From positions 124,001 to 188,000 of the forward strand of contig NMRA01000518.1 in the NCBI GenBank assembly GCA_002633005.1: DNA of 64,000 nt. Direction: 5' to 3'. The notes beneath the pieces are model-generated. The model ran no database searches and had not been told where the DNA came from. It worked only from the letters and a program-made list of their open reading frames with translations. Every line of letters starts with the position of its first letter. The first letter of the stretch is position 1. This document shows, one piece after another, positions 12,301 to 24,300 of this stretch. Origin of the DNA: Phoronis australis (taxonomy: Eukaryota; Animalia; Phoronida). Position numbers and translations under genes: made by a program.

Positions 12301-15300
12301 TCCCACATCAAATAGACCCAGTTTGTTTAACCTTAACACTTGTCTTCTATTTTTAATTTCCTCTCTGTCACACTTTAATTAATGTTTTATGTAAATCTCT
12401 AGAATTAATTCAGAAGCTGTGTGCATTCCTGTTATTGTTTTTCATGGGCCAAATAATTTTTTTGTTGTGGAAGCACTGTCGTGTATTTGAAAGAGCTGAA
12501 AATATTCAATACATTTTTACCTGGATGATAATTATTGCATCATCATCCATTTAGTATCAGTTTACTTAATGGATCATGACTTAACCAGGAAGATTTTATG
12601 CAAGTTTTGCAAATTCTGGTGACTGTATGGTCCATCTGGCTAAGCAAAATTAAGATAACCTTTGATAACCAAATTTATGCGGAAGAGTTTGTGAGTGTTT
12701 GAAAGTTCCAACCTATATGAAATCTTTATCACCTGTGGTTTCAGTCATTAGGCAGTAACATTTCATTTCACAACCTTCAACTGTGAATGCTTTTACTGGT
12801 TGGGCTTACAATAGCCTCTTTCCACAGCACTTAGAGTAAAATGGCCTGGTTTTTTTGTTTCGAGATAAGGGAACAGAGACAGCTGTCGGCAATAACTTCT
12901 GCCGAGTTTGTGGTGACATTCTCTCCCGGACCATTTCAAACATTGCCGACCATAAAGATGAAACTGAAGTTTTTATTGTTTGAATGTCAAAATTGGTTAA
13001 CAACTACTTGTTGATATGTCCTAGCTTACACTGCATATCATACCTGGGCAACACAATGGGGCGACATGACTTGTGTACATCATCGCACAACAGAGTGCTG
13101 ATATGAATGATCTTAATACTCCCAAAGAATATCGCAATTGTGTTTAAGTCTGATCAGCTCACCGTGTGTGGCCACTTCACATGACCTTGTGAATATAAAT
13201 CTGAAAAGATGTTTTTCCCATCTGGGACTGGAACCCAGGACTTTCTGCTATATACCCCCAAAGAATGTAATGAAATTTGCATGAGGAAGAATTTTATATG
13301 ATCTAGAACTTAAGAGAGAGAGAGAGTAGATTCATTTAAACATCCAATGCATATGTTTAGTTAGTTTAACTTTCTTATCATCCAATATTTTACACTCCTC
13401 ACTACCAGCTAGTTATTTGTTTTAGACCCAATTTAACATATTGTAGACATCTGTACCCTTCCATCTAACAACGGCCAGAGCTCAGGCTATGAAATCTTCT
13501 GGTATTATGATAAGAACATCAGGCGGTGTCGTCGGTTCATCTTCAGAGGCGTTGGTGGCAATGCCAACAGATTTGCCAACAGGGAGAGCTGCTTAAATGT
13601 TTGTGGCAGACGCCCGTCTAAGAAGACTGGTTAGTGCGACTGCATTTAATCTAATATATTTAAGCAGTTGGTTCATTTTTGTGGCGTTTTTAACCAATAC
13701 TGCTGAAACTTCATAGACAATTCAACAGTGGCCGTGTATTTTGTCTTTGTCATATCCTAAGTATTGTGCTGTCTAATAACATTATTTTGTTAATTTTAAT
13801 CCCGTGTTGGTATAATGTTTTGTCATCACATTTCATAGTATTTAACACTGCATGATATCCAGCCTTTCTTGATGTAAAATATCACGTTAATTGAGTCTTG
13901 TACTGTTTAGTGAATGAACTTTCTAAATCTACCAGGTCACTTTAACACTAAGAGTAATGATCTTAACACACCTGTTTAAGTGGTCTCTTGTGTAGTCCAG
14001 TGTATCACAGTGTATCACAATGTTTATAAATAAACAAGATGTTTAAGTTGAAACATGTTTCGATGTTCTGGTACACATCATCAAGAATGCATTGACCAGC
14101 TACTGAACAAGGCTCAAACAGTGGCCAATACTTTCCTCATGATGATGTTTGTGAGTACATCAAAGCACGCCGAAACTTAAGTATCTTGTTTTATTTACAA
14201 TCGAACTTGTGTGGGTGATTTCTTGTCTCCTTACTGCTAGAGACAATTTTTTATTTTACTTCGATACTCCTACTTTGGTTGTCTTTGTTCACAAAACTAA
14301 TTCATGTTATAAAAAGTTGTAAATCCCAGGTTCTACTGTCTTGTGTTTTATCGATGTTTAATTGGTTTACATAGAGCCCCCCCTACAACCAACCACAGCA
14401 GCTACGAAATTTGTGGAGACGGATGTACCAACCACTAAACAGGCTCCCACGATCCCGACTGACTTATCTGCAAAAGAGTTCAAAGGTCTGTTAGCGATTG
14501 AATGCTTTGGATAGAAACATCTGTTGCTTTATAGATAATGTTTAGTAGCAGTTACGATTTCCTGAAATATTCTTGTAAGGTGATTACGCCATATGACCTA
14601 ATCTGGTATCACCTCAAATATGAGACTCATTGACTGTTTTTTCTAGGGAACTCTTGTTGTAGGCATTTGCATATTTTCGACATCGTGGTGTTAAATGATC
14701 CCTAATGTTGTGAGAAATAAATATCTTCATGTCCAGAAATTTTTCGGTTAGTGTTTCCTAGTGCTTCTGCACTGTTGCTGGAATGATATGGATTCAGAAC
14801 TAGGCCACTGTCGGTAGATTGTATGGATCTGCAGTTTTTGTAGAACACCATTGGTTGTTTGGATCTGTGTTAGAACACTGTTAGTTGATTGCATGTATCT
14901 GCAATATTTGGATGTATGGATCTGCACTAGAAAACTACACTAGAACACTAGTGATAGATTGTGTGGATCTGCACTAGAACACTGTTGATTGATTGTATGG
15001 ATCCACACTACTCTTAGTTCATTATGTGGATCTGCATTAGAACACTATTGGTTGATTTTATGGATCTGCATTGGAACACCATTGCTAGATTGTGTGGACC
15101 TGCACTAGAACGTCATAACTGCTATTATCTGATCGTATGCATCTACACTAGAACACTAGTGATATATTGTGTGGACCTGCACTAGAACGTCATAACTGCT
15201 ATTATCTGATCGTATGCATCTACACTAGAACACTAGTGATATATTGTGTGGACCTGCACTAGACCGTCGTAACTGCTATTATCTGATCGTATGCATCTAC

Positions 15301-18300
15301 ACTAGAACACCATTGATAGATTAGTTGGTGTTAGCTGTGTTTTCAAATTGCTTGATGCAGTTGATGTGAGTCAGCAGTTCACTGAATATTTCAGAGCCAT
15401 CCACTTGCTTCAAGCGTCCAGACCGTGGTGACTGTAGGGAGTATGTGGTTAAGTGGTACTGGCATCCGACCTTCAAGATTTGTCGACGGTTCCGATATGG
15501 TGGATGTGGAGGAAATGGTAATTATTGTTCTGCAGCAAATGAAAGATTGATTCTATGTAAAAATACATGAAATAAGTTATTTATTTCAATGACTTTTTGG
15601 CTGATTAAATTGGTTAATGGAGAAATTTTTTCAGTTGTGATGAAAAATTTATACGATACGTATATGAAAGATAGCTCAATTTTCTTTCCAAATTCTATTT
15701 TCTTTTTCTTTCAGGTGTTATAAGTTTGTTCATGTGCTGAATTGTTTTCAGATTCTCTTTAGTCATATGTAAAAGGTTTTTGATATTTTTCGGTCCTTAG
15801 ATGACATTTATTATCTGGTTTCCTTCCACAGTGCCATTATGAATCTGTCATGTCACAAAACATGTCGCATAATATGCATTCAGTAATAATTTTATATCAA
15901 CGATGGCTTGCTAAGTGAGCTGTTTTTTTCAGTGTAATAAGCTGCAATAATTGCCAATAAACTGGAGTTGCATTCGTTTGTCAGAAAGATCTAATGCCAT
16001 AATCTGATTTGACTTAATGGTCATCATAGGTAATCGTTTTGAAAGTCAAGCGGACTGCCTTGGTCTGTGCCGTGATGCACAGAAAGATGTGCTTGTGACT
16101 AAAGCGCAAACAACAGCTAAAGTGACCAGTCCATCATCCACTCCGTCGACAACGAGGCCGCCAGTGAAAGAAGTACCATTGACTGCAGCATCCTTGCCCG
16201 ACGGTTATCTCGGTGAGTGGAAGTTCAGAAAACAAGATAAATTTTGGACAACCGTAACCAGAATAAATATTGCAGTTTTTATGCGCCTACATATTTGTAT
16301 GTGGCCGCATTATGCCGTCATCTCCAGCCGTCTGGCGTCCGGTGTCCGGCGTCCGCTGCTCTATCTCCAAAACGCCTTTACGTATGTTCATGAAATTTTG
16401 CACATGTGTTCCTTCTGTGGATGAGACGGCATGAGCGAACATTCGGACGGATCCGACTACCTGTGTGCCATCTAGTGGCAATTTTAATTTTTTTATATTT
16501 ACCTCTGTATCTTCAAAAGTGCTGAACGGATTTTCATAAAATTTGGTATAGAGGCACCTAATAGGGAGATGACGCTATCCTTCCGTTTTTGGATGGATTT
16601 GACGTAGTTTGCCCCAACCTAGTGGCCATGTTTACTGTTTTCGATTCTGTTTCTTTGCGTCCACCCTCTACCAACCAAACCGCTCAAAGGATGATTGTGA
16701 AAATTGGCATGTATGTTCTTACTATAAAGTGGACGGCTGACAATGATTTTCTGAGGACTTTGACTACTGTGGCAGTTTTGTTTTTTTTGCGCCTATGGTT
16801 GTATCCCCCAAAACCATTCGTTGGATCTTTACTAAATTTAGTAAGTGTATTGATATGATGTTAACAACGGAGGACGACGACTTTCAGACAGATCTGACTA
16901 CTGGTGTGCCACCTAGTGGCAATTTTCTGTCAATGAGGTGATGCTATCTCTTTGTTTTCAAATGGATTCGACCTAGTTTGCACCACCTGGTGGCCATTTT
17001 AACTGATTTCGAGTTTTTTGGCGTTCACTCATCTATCAACCAAACGGCTTTCAGGATAATTGTGGAAATTTGCATGTATGTTTTTACTATGAAGTGGACG
17101 GCTTACGACAATTTTCCGACGAGTTCAACTACTGTGGCGCCTCCTAGTGGCAGTTTTGTTGTTTTTGCGCTGATGACTGTATCTGTTAAACTGTTTGCAG
17201 GATCTTTACTTAATTTAGTATGATGTTTACAATGGACGACGACGACTTTCGGACGGATCTGACTTCTGGTATGCTCCTTAGTGGCAATTATAGTTTTTTA
17301 TGTTTACCAGTCTGTATCTTCAAAGGTCCTCAACAGATTTTCATAAAATTTTGATTATAGGCATCTATTGGTAAGATGACACTATCATCCTGTTTTTGGA
17401 TGGAATCGAGGTATTTTGCGCCACGTGCTGTTTTCAAATCTTGTTTTTGACGTCCACCCCTCGATCAAGCAAATCATTCTAGGAATGGTTTTGAAAATTG
17501 GCGTACCTGTTCTCAGTGTGAAGAGGACGTTTGATGATGGTGACTGACTACTGTGGTGCCTCTTAGTGGTAGTTTTGTTTTGTTTTGCGCCCACAGCTGT
17601 ATCTTCAAAACCCACTACAGGATCTTTATTAAATTTAGTAAGTGAATTTATATGAAGATAACAGACGACTCAGGCGGATGGAACGGACGCTGTGCCCACA
17701 AGTGGCAATTTCATTTTGTTGTGTTTTCCTTTGTTTCTCTGAAATTCCTTGACAGATTTTTATGAAATATGGCATGTTCCCTTTTTTTGGATGGATTGTT
17801 CGTTTTTGCGCCATCTAGTGGCCATTTTTATGATACAAATAACCCTAAAAGTACACCATCTGTGATACATTCGTGGGTGCATTTCAGTGTTCTGCGTTGC
17901 TCTTGTTCATTGTGAAGTTTAGTCGAACAAAATTCACTTTTGTGCACACACAAAGCTAAAGAATTGACATTTCAAGTGTTTGCATTTGTAAGGTGTTTAG
18001 AGCATTACCAGATGTTTATCTCCTAAGTGTGCTTGCATGTTATACAGTACACCTTGCACACTTAAGCAATATGCTATGTCCACTTAAACTACATACACTG
18101 CCATGATCAAAGTAAATGTTTAACCAAATTAATCGTGTAAAATCATGTTAAGCTGCCACAGTAAAAAGTTTTCCCCAGTTGTATTTGGAGGTGGCACTCT
18201 ATATGAGCTTGAATTTTATTTGTGCGCATTATCATCCACATAATGTATTGCAGGAAACTAAAAATCCCCAATGTAATTAATGTTTTTTCAGACTTCGATT

Positions 18301-21300
18301 TGTGCAGAGAGCGCCCAGACCCTGGTCCATGTGATGGTCGACTGAAGAGGTGGTATTATGACTCGAACGACAATGTGTGCAAGACCTTCAGATATGGTGG
18401 TTGCCAGGGGAACGCTAATCGTTTTGATTCTGATACTGAATGCAACGCTATCTGTACCTATCGTATTCACCGTAGCGATGCTTATGACTCCACGTCACAT
18501 AGCAATGAGGCCCAAGGTACATCTAATTACTGCTCTGGGCTAAGTCAAAACTTAAAATTCGTCTTGTGCTGTCGCTATAAAGTAATTTGATGCAGCGTGA
18601 ATATTCATGATGGTGAAAAACTTTGTTACTGATTTATATCTTGGTCATCCTTATTATCCAATTAACTCAACTAGTATGCTAAACTCAAATTTTAAGTATA
18701 AAATGGAAGTGTGGTTCATGTGTTCTTGCCTAGAAGAACTTGATATCAACTGCACCTCCTGGTGGCAATTTTATTTTGTCTTGTCATTCTCTCTGCAAAT
18801 ATGATAGCTTTATGTCTAAGAGCATGCTCTTAAGAAACCACGCTTAATATTTTGACTGCTTCAGATATATTAGGCTAACCACTTCACACCGTTTCATTTG
18901 TGTTCGAATCTGTGAAATGGTGGACAATGTTTTCTTTCAGACATTTGCCATTTACCTGAGAATGAAGGTACCTGTGGCGCCTTCTATGAGATGTACTTCT
19001 TTGACTACAAAGAGTACCTGTGTAAACCATTTGTTTATGGTGGCTGTCAAGGCAACGACAATCGCTTCTCTACTGCTGCATCCTGTGAACGAAACTGCCG
19101 CCAGGTGGCACCCCAGGATAGCTGTCTTCTGAAGAAGAGTCCGGGAACATGTTCTAGCTCCTTGGAAAGATTCTACTTTGATGTCAATGCACGCGCCTGT
19201 AAGCCATTCATCTACACAGGTTGCCATGGTAACGCTAATCGCTTTGTGAGCCTGAAGGAGTGTGAGCATGTGTGTGTTACCCGGGACAGTCACGTGATCG
19301 AGGGTGACCTTGCGGAGTTTAAGCACATCCCTGTGACCCCTCAACCAACGACAGTCAAGTGGACGCCACCTGGTGAGTTGAAGGACTTAATTGCCGTCAA
19401 TATTATCGTGGCATTTCAGTGCTACACTATATTTTCAAACAATGTAATAGGAATTTGTCTCAAGAACTGGCCCTTTTACAAAGGACTATTAACACCGTTC
19501 ATCAAGGAAATTCGAAAATTCAGGTTGTCAGTGTCAAAATTTAGTGTCGTTTGCTCATGTAACCAGACTTTGTCAGTGTTAAATATGCAATGATATGGTA
19601 ATGTTACCTTGCTGTAATGAAGTTACCTGAATTTTATCAGTGGACTTATGCATTGTATCAAAAGGCTTAATTTGTGTATTGACTGCTGATTTATTGAAAT
19701 TACTATACCTGCTATTTACCATTGAATTAATTGAACTAATTATGCTTATAGCACTACTGGTCTGCTCTCAGCCTAAGCAGGTTGGTGACTGCACTCTCAA
19801 CTGGGTGCGGGCGTACTTCTACAATCCATACACTAAGTCATGTGAGGAGTTCAAGTACAGTGGCTGTGGTGGTAATTACAATAACTTCCCCACCAGAGAC
19901 GAGTGTGAGGAGAAGTGCTTGGGCGTGGAGGTGTCAACCACACCAGCACCAACCACTACTGGTGAGTTGAGTAATCTATCATACCATACAGCTAATGTAT
20001 GCTTTGAATAAATGTACATCCACTACTGGTGAGTTGAGTAATCTATCATACCATACAGCTAATGTATGCTTTGAATTAATGTACAACCACTACTGGTGAG
20101 TTGAGTAATCTATCATACCATACAGCTAATGTATGCTTTGAATTAATGTACATAGAGGGAGTTAGCAGTCACCTAATGGTGAAATGGATATGGGAAAAAT
20201 ATTGTACATCTTTCTCGAATTTACGTGAGAATTTAAACAATGTTTTGGTACCCACTACCCACTTTTAAAAGCTTCTGCGACACCTCTTGGCATGTGTATT
20301 GAGACAAACCGTGGGAAACTTTGAGCAAAATCAAAAATGTAACATTCTCTGAAGGCTCAGTTGTCTTAACATAATGACTCCTATATCCCAGCTGTGAAGA
20401 GTCAGGTCATACTTCTGTTCTTGATGGTGCGCTCATTCTTTAACTGGTTTGAACAGGGTGGGAAGGAACTTATTTTTAAAAAGACTTGAGCGCCTGTCCT
20501 TAAACAGAAAGGCTTGACTGAGATACAACCTATCACATTCTTGGCAACGGATTTAGTTAAAGTATCTCGCTGTTTATCTCAAGGTAGTCACACACCAACG
20601 AGAGTTGTTGAAGCCTGAAAAAGTACAATAGTCAACGAAACTTTACTTAAAATTCTCAAATAATTTCAGCAAAGAACAAGTATATTTTTTGTCTTTAAAC
20701 ATTTGAAAGTGTTGATTATGATGAGTGATCTATGAAACAAACACTAGTGGTTTAGTCTGGTTGTGAGAAACACTTTAAATTAAATATTGTGGTGGGAAAA
20801 TTCTATGACATACCGCTGGACTTCGTGTATAATGTTTGGTAAATGATGCATAACTAGACTTGTCTCTGTTACTTTACCTTAAGTTATCATTTTGCCACTT
20901 GTATTGGTCTGTCTTATCACGCTGAATGTATTTTAATCAGCAAATGGTGATCACTTTAATTTCGACTGTTTACTTTTAGTTATTCCCACCTGCGACCAAG
21001 TGTTTGACTATGGCAACTGTGCTGAGTGGACCCTAGTTTGGTTCTACGACAAAACATCTGCACAATGCAGGCGTTCCTATTATGGTGGATGTGGTGGCAA
21101 TGACAATCGCTTTGCAACCAGAGACCTCTGTCAGGCTACATGCATACCAACAACTACAGCTCCCCCTACCAGCCCTACCACAACTACAGCACCACCTACT
21201 ACTGTAGCTCCAACAACGAGTTCAACAACCACCCCACCGTCGACTCCCGGTAAGGTTTTTAAGGAGGTCTCAACAGGTGTTGCTGACATGTAATCTGTAT

Positions 21301-24300
21301 TTCAACATAGCAAAGTGGTATCAGTATTTTTCATAGATTGCTTATTCTCCTTTTAAGTATAACTTAATGTCGTCTTTAAAACTTTGAAAAAATCTTAAAA
21401 GTGCAAGTTTGAACACATATTAATAAGGCAACTTCAGCTTTGTCTATAGAGATCGGTTTCCACTTGTGTGTTTTGATTGACTCATTAATTAATACTTTCA
21501 ACCAGATCAACAGTTGTCACTCTTGCTTTTTATTAATGCAAGGTAACCAAGGCAACCATAATATTGACAACATTGCATTGTAATGAATGTTCATAGCTAG
21601 AGCCGTTTCAGTGTATTTAAATAATGATTGTTACCTATCTGCGGCCTGGTTACACTTGATCGCCTAGTCTAGAATTGGTCGAAATCATGAGTAATAAGCT
21701 AGGCTTGAACAGAGACGGAGGTTACCTGCCATCTACTAATGCCTCCTCTAGTGTGACAGCCACCGGGTGGAGTTTGACTACCCTCAGGCCCTGCCCACTG
21801 GTGACCACATGACCTGGAGATCCTCACTAGTGCCCCTACAAAGAGCCTGAAGGCCTGAAAGCTAGTCTCTTATTAGTAAAACCAGGTTGGCAATAGGTAA
21901 TAATCATTATTTTGTTATGTTGATTCATTGCTGTGAGAGGTGAAGCTAATTTTGTACTTGCAGCCTTGCCAACATGCCAACAGCCATTTGAGGTAGGAGA
22001 CTGCGACGACTATGTTTTGACCTGGTTCTTCAATGCGAAAACAAGCAGCTGTGAGGGAGCCTACTATGGTGGCTGTGGTGGTAATGACAACAGGTTTGAT
22101 ACCCTTGAGGACTGCCTGGCTGCCTGCAAATCACCAGCCACTGAACTACCGACTACTACATCTGTACCAGATGGTAAGTAGCTTGTGTCTGTACCAAGCA
22201 CCTTGTAATAAACAGAAAATTGTCATGCTACTACCTGATTTTGTAAGATACTGTAATCCAATAAATGGTTGCTTTGTGTCAACCTTAACCTACTGGTCTT
22301 AAGGTTAGTTTGCTGAATCACTTTGTTTTACTCTGTTTTATTACAGACTCAATTATCTCGTTAAACTTATGTTGAAACATTTTGTCGAGGTTTGAATATA
22401 CTTGTGTGACTGTGTTTTATCTTGCCAAATGTTGCTGTGATGTCGAAACTTAAAATGAATGGCTGGGGGTGTTCTTACAAAATGCTGCATAGTTTAGATG
22501 TACAGTTACTATTTCGCACAAAAATAATTTCCAAAATGGTCATTTTCCTTTTTGAAAATGATGTGAATTACTTCAAATTTTGTATTATGGCATCTGCATG
22601 GCTTGTAATAAACTAAGTTCTAAACGTTTGTGGAGGAATTTATGGAAATAGACCTGCACTTGTCAGCAATGTTGCGTGCTCAATAAATGAAGAATTTCCA
22701 TAGTCACATTTTGATGCTACATCTTTATTGTGCACTCGTTTGGTAAAACTGTTCAAATGGTGTATTTCCTTATAACTATCCCATTTCCAACAAAGTGTTG
22801 AGCTGTTGAGATTCCAACTCTTCTGTACTGGTGAGAGTGGACAATTAATTGGAAATGGACTGCTTATTTTATAGGTCCTTACATTGGCCCCTTATCACCT
22901 GTGACTAACATAAAGTACATATTTGCACCACCTGATGATGCTGTTGTCTATTGGACTGATCCAAATCCTCCCAATCCGGATCGAGACTACTATGTACGCT
23001 ATGCACCTCTGTCCAATCGCCGACTCTTGAAACAGCTGGACACCAATATTGTTAGGGCGTATATTCTGGATTTGATACCGGGTGAAACCTACAGATTCGT
23101 GGTTATGATTAGTCAAGATTCTGACCGCAGTGACTGGAGTGAACCCCTTGAGTTCACTGTGCCAGCAGTAACTACCCCAACACCCACTGATGTCCCGGTG
23201 AAATCAACAGAAACTACAACTACTGAAGGTTTGTCTGTTCATGGCTCTATGATTACTCCGGGCTTGGAATTTCCTCTTTTAAGTGGATTTCCTCTTTTTT
23301 GTTTTCAATTTCCTTTTATTTGATTTCCATTTTTGGCTCTTGTTTATCATTATTTTCAATTGACTTTGTTCATGCACAAACATTTATTTCGATTAAATTT
23401 TGCAATACCAAAAATTTTTCTATCACAAGTCTATTTATTTATGGAACGATACATTACCTGAAAAAAATTAATACTCTTTTTTGTCAGTGGTCATTCCAAG
23501 CCCTGAAACTGTATATGGAAAAGTCTGGATCACTTTCTTTATAAACTGTAATTGCAATTGCCACTAAGATTATATTATTGAGACATTGGTATAGACTTGT
23601 GATTTCAGAAACTGAATTCAAAAAGCAGAAATTGATTATTTTTCCAAATCAACAAAGCTTTTTATTTTGACTGCAGGTCAACAAATTACCATATTTTGTT
23701 GTTTTTAGTATATAGTTTGGTAATGGTGTTGGTATGGACTCATAAAATGGGAAGCGTAGGTTTGAAGACTTTATAAAGACAAACTGAAAAATACCATGGT
23801 CTTGGCTTCTTAGTTGGTGTCTGTTATGTTATGAAATGCTTTCTGCTGTTAATCAAAATGTCGCAATATCGCCTTGTCTTATGAATTTTTGTTCTGATGA
23901 TGTTAAGTCGCGTGTGAGGCTTTAATGCCTGGGTCCCATATTGTGCGATGGTCTCCTGATCCCTGTATGAACTCTATCGCAATGTCCAGCATGGTTGCAC
24001 TATTTTTTAAATGATAATAAGTAGTTGTGTTTAGTGATGTTTTATGCCGACGCCTGTCTGGTATTCCAGGTAATCGCCCGACTATCGTCCGTTGTGACCA
24101 TTTTGTTGCAAACTGATCAAAATGGTGTCGTATGCTAAATTATTAGTTAATTCTTTTGTATCTTTCAGTACCTGTAGTGGACTTGCCTATACCCCGTAAT
24201 GTTCAAGTGAACATTCTGCCATCTGATCCATCAGACCTCAGAGCTCAAGTTACCTGGGATTCTAATGTCGACTCTGGCGTCTACTACGTTCGTTATTCTT

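Noticed and set aside
849-17615. Many 60-140 aa ORFs sharing motifs such as APPSGSF / MIVKIGMYV
   Set aside because: They are translations of the non-coding HINE core repeat, with frames broken differently in each copy.
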